A DNA stretch of 32,000 nt, from positions 240,001 to 272,000 of the forward strand of contig JAFGBS010000028.1 in the NCBI GenBank assembly GCA_016933055.1. Reading direction: 5' to 3'. A program made the position numbers and the translations under genes. This DNA comes from Promethearchaeota archaeon. GTDB taxonomy: Archaea > Asgardarchaeota > Lokiarchaeia > Sigyniarchaeales > Promethearchaeaceae. Below the pieces are notes generated by a model. The model saw nothing but the letters and a program-made list of their open reading frames with translations. It had not been told where the DNA came from and did not search any database. Below are positions 27,301-32,000 of the stretch, one piece after another (the first letter of the stretch is position 1; the number at the start of each line of letters is the position of its first letter).

Positions 27301-28614
27301 ATGGTATTAGTAGTGATAGTTGGTAATGGAGCTAGAGAGCATGCTATAGCACGGTCATTAGTAGAAGGAGGCGCTAGGTTAAAAGCATTTATGGGGTCAA
27401 ATAATCCCGGTATCGCAAAGCTTGCTAAAGATAATGTGAAGATATCTAATTTGACGAATTTTAAAGAATTAGTTGAATTTTCAAAAGATGCAGATTTTGT
27501 TGTGGTGGGACCAGAAGCCCCATTGGTAGTTGGGGCTGCAAATGCATTAAAGTCTGCTGGTATTTCGTGTATAGGCCCGTCTATTGAAGCCGCTCAACTG
27601 GAGGGATCAAAGATATTCACTAGAGAACTTTTACAGAATTATAATATTAGATCTAATATTGAGTTTCAGGCATTCAATGCGATAGACAATGTAGAAACTT
27701 GGGTTGAAAAGTTAGGATTAGAAAATGTGGTTGTGAAACCTGATGGATTAACTGGGGGTAAAGGGGTTAAAGTATTCGGTGAACATTTGCATTCAAAATC
27801 GGAGCTTTTCGATTATTGTCACCAACTGTTGGATAGTCATAGTGGATTTGTCATCGAGGAAAAACTCAATGGTGAAGAGTTTACCTTACAAACATTTGTG
27901 GATGGATCCAATGTCACACCTACTCCATTAGTACAGGACCATAAACGAGCATATGAAGGGGATGAAGGTCCTAACACAGGAGGGATGGGCTCCTACTCTA
28001 TGACAAATCATGTTATGCCTTTCATTACTCATGAAGATGTAAAATTTGCCCTGTCGGAGATGAAACAAACAATTTCTGCTCTCAAGAAAGAAACAGGTGC
28101 AATATACAAGGGATTTTTGTATGGACAATTTATGAAGACTAAAAAAGGTATCAAATTAGTCGAATATAATGTTCGATTTGGAGACCCCGAAGCCATGAAT
28201 GTTCTTAGTATTATGGAAAGTAATATGGTTGCCTTATGTTTCCAAATTCTGGAGGGAACTTTACCTGATGATCTTCGATTTAAAAAAGCCGCAACAGTTT
28301 GTAAATATATAGTCCCCGAAGGATATCCAACAAATCCTGTGAAAAATCAACCTATTCAAGTGGATGAGAAGTCATTGGACGAATTGGGAATATTATATTA
28401 TTACGCTTCTGTAGATAAGAGAGGAGAAAAAGTTGTCACAACTGGATCGCGAACTATGGGATTATTAGGAATTGGTTCAAGTTTAAACGAAGCAGAAAAA
28501 AAGGCCGAGCTTGCCACACAATTTGTGAAAGGACCTTTATACCACCGTAAAGATATTGGTACCCAAGAATTATTGGAAAAACGGATTGCCCACATGAAAA
28601 AAGTGATAAAATAA
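27301..28614 (+). CDS. purD: Phosphoribosylamine--glycine ligase
   Basis: Motifs VGNGAREHA, VVGPEAPL, AQLEGSK, VVKPDGLTGGKGV, QDHKRAYEGDEGPNTGGMG and EYNVRFGDPE. ATG at 27301. Confidence 0.97.
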   Translation: MVLVVIVGNGAREHAIARSLVEGGARLKAFMGSNNPGIAKLAKDNVKISNLTNFKELVEFSKDADFVVVGPEAPLVVGAANALKSAGISCIGPSIEAAQLEGSKIFTRELLQNYNIRSNIEFQAFNAIDNVETWVEKLGLENVVVKPDGLTGGKGVKVFGEHLHSKSELFDYCHQLLDSHSGFVIEEKLNGEEFTLQTFVDGSNVTPTPLVQDHKRAYEGDEGPNTGGMGSYSMTNHVMPFITHEDVKFALSEMKQTISALKKETGAIYKGFLYGQFMKTKKGIKLVEYNVRFGDPEAMNVLSIMESNMVALCFQILEGTLPDDLRFKKAATVCKYIVPEGYPTNPVKNQPIQVDEKSLDELGILYYYASVDKRGEKVVTTGSRTMGLLGIGSSLNEAEKKAELATQFVKGPLYHRKDIGTQELLEKRIAHMKKVIK

Positions 28615-28625
28615 AAAAAAAGGAT

Positions 28626-29315
28626 TCAATCAAAAGGAAACTCATCCACATATTGGCCTTCCTTTCTTTTTGCCTGTCCATAGGTTTGCTTATAATATTT
28701 CCTTCCTCTAACAAGAAACAAAATGCTCCGAATGTCTCTTACAGCCATGTATCCCCAGAAAATAAGTGCGATTGCAAGTAGGATAATTCCCCAAATACTG
28801 CTAGCTATAAACACCATTGCGTACGAGAAGAATAAATAAATAGAAATAAGGAAGGAAAGAGTAAAAAAAATAATCCTGCGTCGGGTATTGGATAGGAATG
28901 AGTCATCTTCTAAGCTTGAGAAACAGTTACAGCAAACCGTCGGGATCTCTACATGATACTTTTTTTTGTTATAAAGGCTATACATAATGGTTAATGGTCG
29001 ATCTATCGATCCTCCACATAATTTGCATGAAAATCGATATGATAATCGATCACGTTCGATGTTATCAATATCCTCTTTTGGAAAATAGCATGTATCATTC
29101 TTATAATGTAAACACGTTTTGCATGTCAAAATCTTTTCTAATTGTTGCGTTTCTTGAAATGCAGGTATATCTGATAAGGAGGATAAGGCTCTAATTTTTT
29201 CTATCTGACTGTGTGACTCGCAAATTACCCGGCGAGCATCATCTACGTAAAATGATGGCTTAATAATTTGAAATTTCTTTCTTTTTTGTGGTTCAGTTGA
29301 GCTTTCTTCAGTCAT
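28626..29315 (-). CDS. Cys-rich (putative Zn-binding) protein with two C-terminal TM helices
   Basis: CKTCLH..DTC, CKLCGG and CCNC motifs, followed by two hydrophobic helices. Confidence 0.7.
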   Translation of the reverse strand: MTEESSTEPQKRKKFQIIKPSFYVDDARRVICESHSQIEKIRALSSLSDIPAFQETQQLEKILTCKTCLHYKNDTCYFPKEDIDNIERDRLSYRFSCKLCGGSIDRPLTIMYSLYNKKKYHVEIPTVCCNCFSSLEDDSFLSNTRRRIIFFTLSFLISIYLFFSYAMVFIASSIWGIILLAIALIFWGYMAVRDIRSILFLVRGRKYYKQTYGQAKRKEGQYVDEFPFD

Positions 29316-29417
29316 CCAGATCCCTAATGTGTCTTAGTACAAATTAAGAGGGTAGAAAATATATGTTTTCTGCTTAATTTTTATCAAAATTCATTCGTGA
29401 TCTAACTTTGAGATAGT

Positions 29418-29972
29418 TTATGGTCGAAACCATTTGAATCCGTAATAGGTATGATTCAATGCGTTTGCAATAATGAATTTCTTTTTAACAGAGTTCGCTA
29501 ATCTTCCCGCTCGTACAATATCGATTGCAGTAAGATTTGCATGTTTAGGAAGAACTTGAATAAGGTAAGGACTATGATCTATGCCAGGACCTTGCTTGTA
29601 AACAGCGAAATCTGCTCCAAACTTTAATCCGGGACGAACTACATATCCTTTATCCCGTAAATCTTCATAAATTTCATATTTTGAAAGGAAATTATCGTAA
29701 TATTTATCCGCAATTTCTTGCAGTTCTTCAGCAGTAATTGATCTGTCTCGCTGAGGATCGTATATATCGATTTTATCTTTTTTTAAAAGATAAAAGCCCT
29801 CAATTAAGGATAATTCTAACGGTCGATCATAGAACTCATCTGGCTTAGGTTTGCGAACACCGATTGGTTTACCAAAATATCGACCTCCCGTATATAAAAA
29901 AGTAGCCGCCTTATGATCAAAAACAATGATGGAAGATTCTACTAATTTACACTGGATTTTTGATTCCGGCAT
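29418..29972 (-). CDS. endA: tRNA-intron (splicing) endonuclease catalytic subunit
   Basis: Motifs LELSLIEGFYL, YEDLRDKGYVVRPGLKFGADFAVY, DHSPYL, VRAGRLANSVKK and W.RP, with the Tyr/His/Lys triad present. The single-unit size suggests the alpha4 type or an alpha subunit. Confidence 0.93.
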   Translation of the reverse strand: MPESKIQCKLVESSIIVFDHKAATFLYTGGRYFGKPIGVRKPKPDEFYDRPLELSLIEGFYLLKKDKIDIYDPQRDRSITAEELQEIADKYYDNFLSKYEIYEDLRDKGYVVRPGLKFGADFAVYKQGPGIDHSPYLIQVLPKHANLTAIDIVRAGRLANSVKKKFIIANALNHTYYGFKWFRP

Positions 29973-30001
29973 TTCTAAGCAATCCAATCAAGCATAGAGT
30001 A

Positions 30002-30571
30002 TTAATTTTTCTCAATGAGAAAGCAGAAAATTTCGTTTTTATCATCAATGATATACTGATATGATACGGATAAGCTATTTAATATACTTCTAGGGTGGAC
30101 AGCAGGGGGATGATATGGTGAATTTTTGCTTATTTGCTCAATTCGTTTTTTCGTATAGTCAAATAATATTATTTTACCCTCTTGAGTTAGGACTCTTAAT
30201 ATTTCGTTAAAAACTCGATCTTTGTCTGGTATATGGTGTAAGCTTCCTAATAAGAAAACATAATCAAAATTTCCATCAGAAAAATCCAATTTCTGTGCAT
30301 CTATACGCTGATAATTGATTTTTTCAAATACACCTGCAATTTTTGCGTTATTCTCCCATTCTGCCCACTTATTTGGTTCCCCAGTAATTACGTTATATCC
30401 ATGGAGTGCGAGTAATATAGCCATTTTGCCCCATCCTGTTCCTATATCTAAAATTCTCGAATCATGGGGCATATTTAATGATTGAATAATCTTTGAAATG
30501 AAATCTGAATCTAAAACAATTTTGTCTCCCAATTTATTTAATATAGATAACTGCATAAGGACGAAATACAA
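30002..30571 (-). CDS. Class I SAM-dependent methyltransferase (Methyltransf_11-like)
   Basis: Motifs ILDIGTGWG, DAQKLDFSDGNFDYV, SLHHI and EILRVLTQEG. Confidence 0.88.
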   Translation of the reverse strand: MYFVLMQLSILNKLGDKIVLDSDFISKIIQSLNMPHDSRILDIGTGWGKMAILLALHGYNVITGEPNKWAEWENNAKIAGVFEKINYQRIDAQKLDFSDGNFDYVFLLGSLHHIPDKDRVFNEILRVLTQEGKIILFDYTKKRIEQISKNSPYHPPAVHPRSILNSLSVSYQYIIDDKNEIFCFLIEKN

Positions 30572-30621
30572 AGAAATAACAAAAATCGTTGTATTAAGAA
30601 AAAAAAGAAGAATTTAGGAAA

Positions 30622-31701
30622 TTATTGAACTTTATAAGCATCCTCTAGAATCGAAAGATGTTCTACTAAGACCATGTCATTTTTAACTTTATCATTGTAG
30701 TCTTGTCTTATGACATTCAAGATATATTCTGGAAAAATCCTCTTAATGCAAATGTCCGATTTTAAAGCATAATACTCGTTACCTGCTGGATCTTGCATTA
30801 CAGATAAGAAATTTGCGTCCCATAGGTTCTTCAAAACCATTTCCAAGTCCTCAACCCCTTTCTTCTGAAGTTTTTCCAGATCATCGCGAGTAACAATGGC
30901 TTGCCTCATTAATTTTACAGCCTCATAGGTTTGAGGATCTAAGAGCGTTTCGACCATCACTAAATTATCCTCTTCGGTAGGATTGTATGATTCGAAAAGG
31001 GTCTTGCATTCGGTCAAATAGTCCTCGGTAAGTTCAATGGGTAGTCCTCTCGCATTGGGATTTTTTAATAGGGTCACTACAGGTTGTCTGTATATCATAA
31101 TATCACCACTGAGAAAGAGTGTTTCTACAGCAAGTTGCTTAACTGATATCTGCTTGACAATCCCAATTTTTACAAAATTTGATACTACGCTTTCAATATC
31201 GATAAATCCAGTTTTATACAGATCTTTCAACCACACAGCTACCTCGGAACGTGCCACTGATCCCTCTTCCCGCAATCTCTGGATTAATACTCGTTTTGTT
31301 TCATCGAAATACAGCATCATTAAGCGCTGTTCTTCATCCAATTTGGGATAAATGGATACACGTTGAAATAACGAGGGAAGTATTTGCCTATACGCCTCTC
31401 CATCCATATTCTGTACGACAACTCGGCATACGTCTGCTAAACCGTCCTCAAAAGTGTCAGGATCCTCATCTACTGTTAATACAAGGATCACATAAAGACT
31501 ATGATCTGGACCGCTAAAATAACTTGCAATAGTAGACGCTCCTGCCATAAGACTGATCATACCTGCTTCTTGATTGTATTCGTGGGTACTATAAACTTGC
31601 ATTAAAGTCTTATCTGTAACTAAAAGTTCTTCCGGATATTTCGCTAGTGTTTCTGCACCAATTCTTTCATCCCATCTCATCAATACGATTCCAATAGGCA
31701 T
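30622..31701 (-). CDS. Longin/uDENN-like N-terminal domain protein, Asgard-type
   Basis: MRWDERIGAETLAKYP, followed by a longin-like strand/helix pattern (IASYFSG..YVILVL..DEDP) and winged-helix-like regions. TAATG stop/start overlap with the upstream gene. Confidence 0.65.
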   Translation of the reverse strand: MPIGIVLMRWDERIGAETLAKYPEELLVTDKTLMQVYSTHEYNQEAGMISLMAGASTIASYFSGPDHSLYVILVLTVDEDPDTFEDGLADVCRVVVQNMDGEAYRQILPSLFQRVSIYPKLDEEQRLMMLYFDETKRVLIQRLREEGSVARSEVAVWLKDLYKTGFIDIESVVSNFVKIGIVKQISVKQLAVETLFLSGDIMIYRQPVVTLLKNPNARGLPIELTEDYLTECKTLFESYNPTEEDNLVMVETLLDPQTYEAVKLMRQAIVTRDDLEKLQKKGVEDLEMVLKNLWDANFLSVMQDPAGNEYYALKSDICIKRIFPEYILNVIRQDYNDKVKNDMVLVEHLSILEDAYKVQ

Positions 31702-32000
31702 TATTCATTACCTCCTTCGAGTTTTTCAGAATCCATATATGATTCTGAGGATTTGGATTTACCCTTGCCTTTCCCGATTTTCTTATCTTTAAGAGATAGC
31801 CCTAATAAGGAAAAAGCACCTTCTGCATTGTCTGCAATCAATTCATCCATGGATCGGGTGATTTTGGTTTGTGTAAATCGAGATTTCTTCTTAATAGATT
31901 TCTTTGTAGCAGTAATCTGCTTAATTATCCATGGAATTCGTGCATATTGGATTCCTTTGGTTATGGCAAATGCTCCCAAAGCAAGTACCGCTACACCCCC
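31701..32000 (-). CDS. C-terminal end of a membrane-anchored protein (partial, runs off the window)
   Basis: The frame is open to base 32000 (GGVAVLALGAFAITKGIQYARIP...): a TM helix followed by a basic cytoplasmic tail. Confidence 0.7.
   Translation of the reverse strand, partial: GGVAVLALGAFAITKGIQYARIPWIIKQITATKKSIKKKSRFTQTKITRSMDELIADNAEGAFSLLGLSLKDKKIGKGKGKSKSSESYMDSEKLEGGNE

Noticed and set aside
8159-31517. Numerous 60-115 aa ORFs overlapping well-supported genes (e.g. 8159, 10960, 13818, 14374, 14698, 15929, 16350, 21237, 23974, 25762, 28454, 31037)
   Set aside because: They are shadow ORFs on the opposite strand or another frame of confident CDSs, with no independent evidence.
1-32000. 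tRNA, rRNA, CRISPR array or transposase
   Set aside because: No T-loop/cloverleaf, regularly spaced repeats or transposase motifs were seen by eye. tRNAscan-SE and CRISPR finders would confirm.

Overview
AT-rich, gene-dense archaeal window, almost certainly from an Asgard archaeon (Lokiarchaeia-like). This is inferred from an actin-family gene, longin/small-GTPase proteins, UPF0147, archaeal-type PurD and tRNA splicing endonuclease, and GGGGTGA-type ribosome binding. From left to right it holds: a 5'-truncated giant (>2300 aa) polytopic membrane protein; a PHP phosphoesterase; UPF0147; an amidohydrolase-like/YjbQ fusion; an acyl-CoA dehydrogenase; a corrinoid protein + URO-D/MtaA-like + 7TM module; an ADP-ribosylglycohydrolase pseudogene before a ribokinase; and a UEV(BRE-like)/inactive-JAMM fusion. 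Next comes a minus-strand run (27.1 to 18.5 kb): longin-GTPase, hypothetical, HEAT/coiled-coil, longin/uDENN-like, cupin, PIG-L deacetylase, divergent actin and a second URO-D. The window ends with purD, a Cys-rich membrane protein, endA, a methyltransferase, a second longin/uDENN-like paralog and a partial gene. No rRNA, tRNA, CRISPR array or intact mobile element was seen. The best candidates for new biology are the UEV + dead-MPN fusion and the trafficking-like eukaryotic-signature gene run. All family assignments come from motif recognition by eye; no searches were run.
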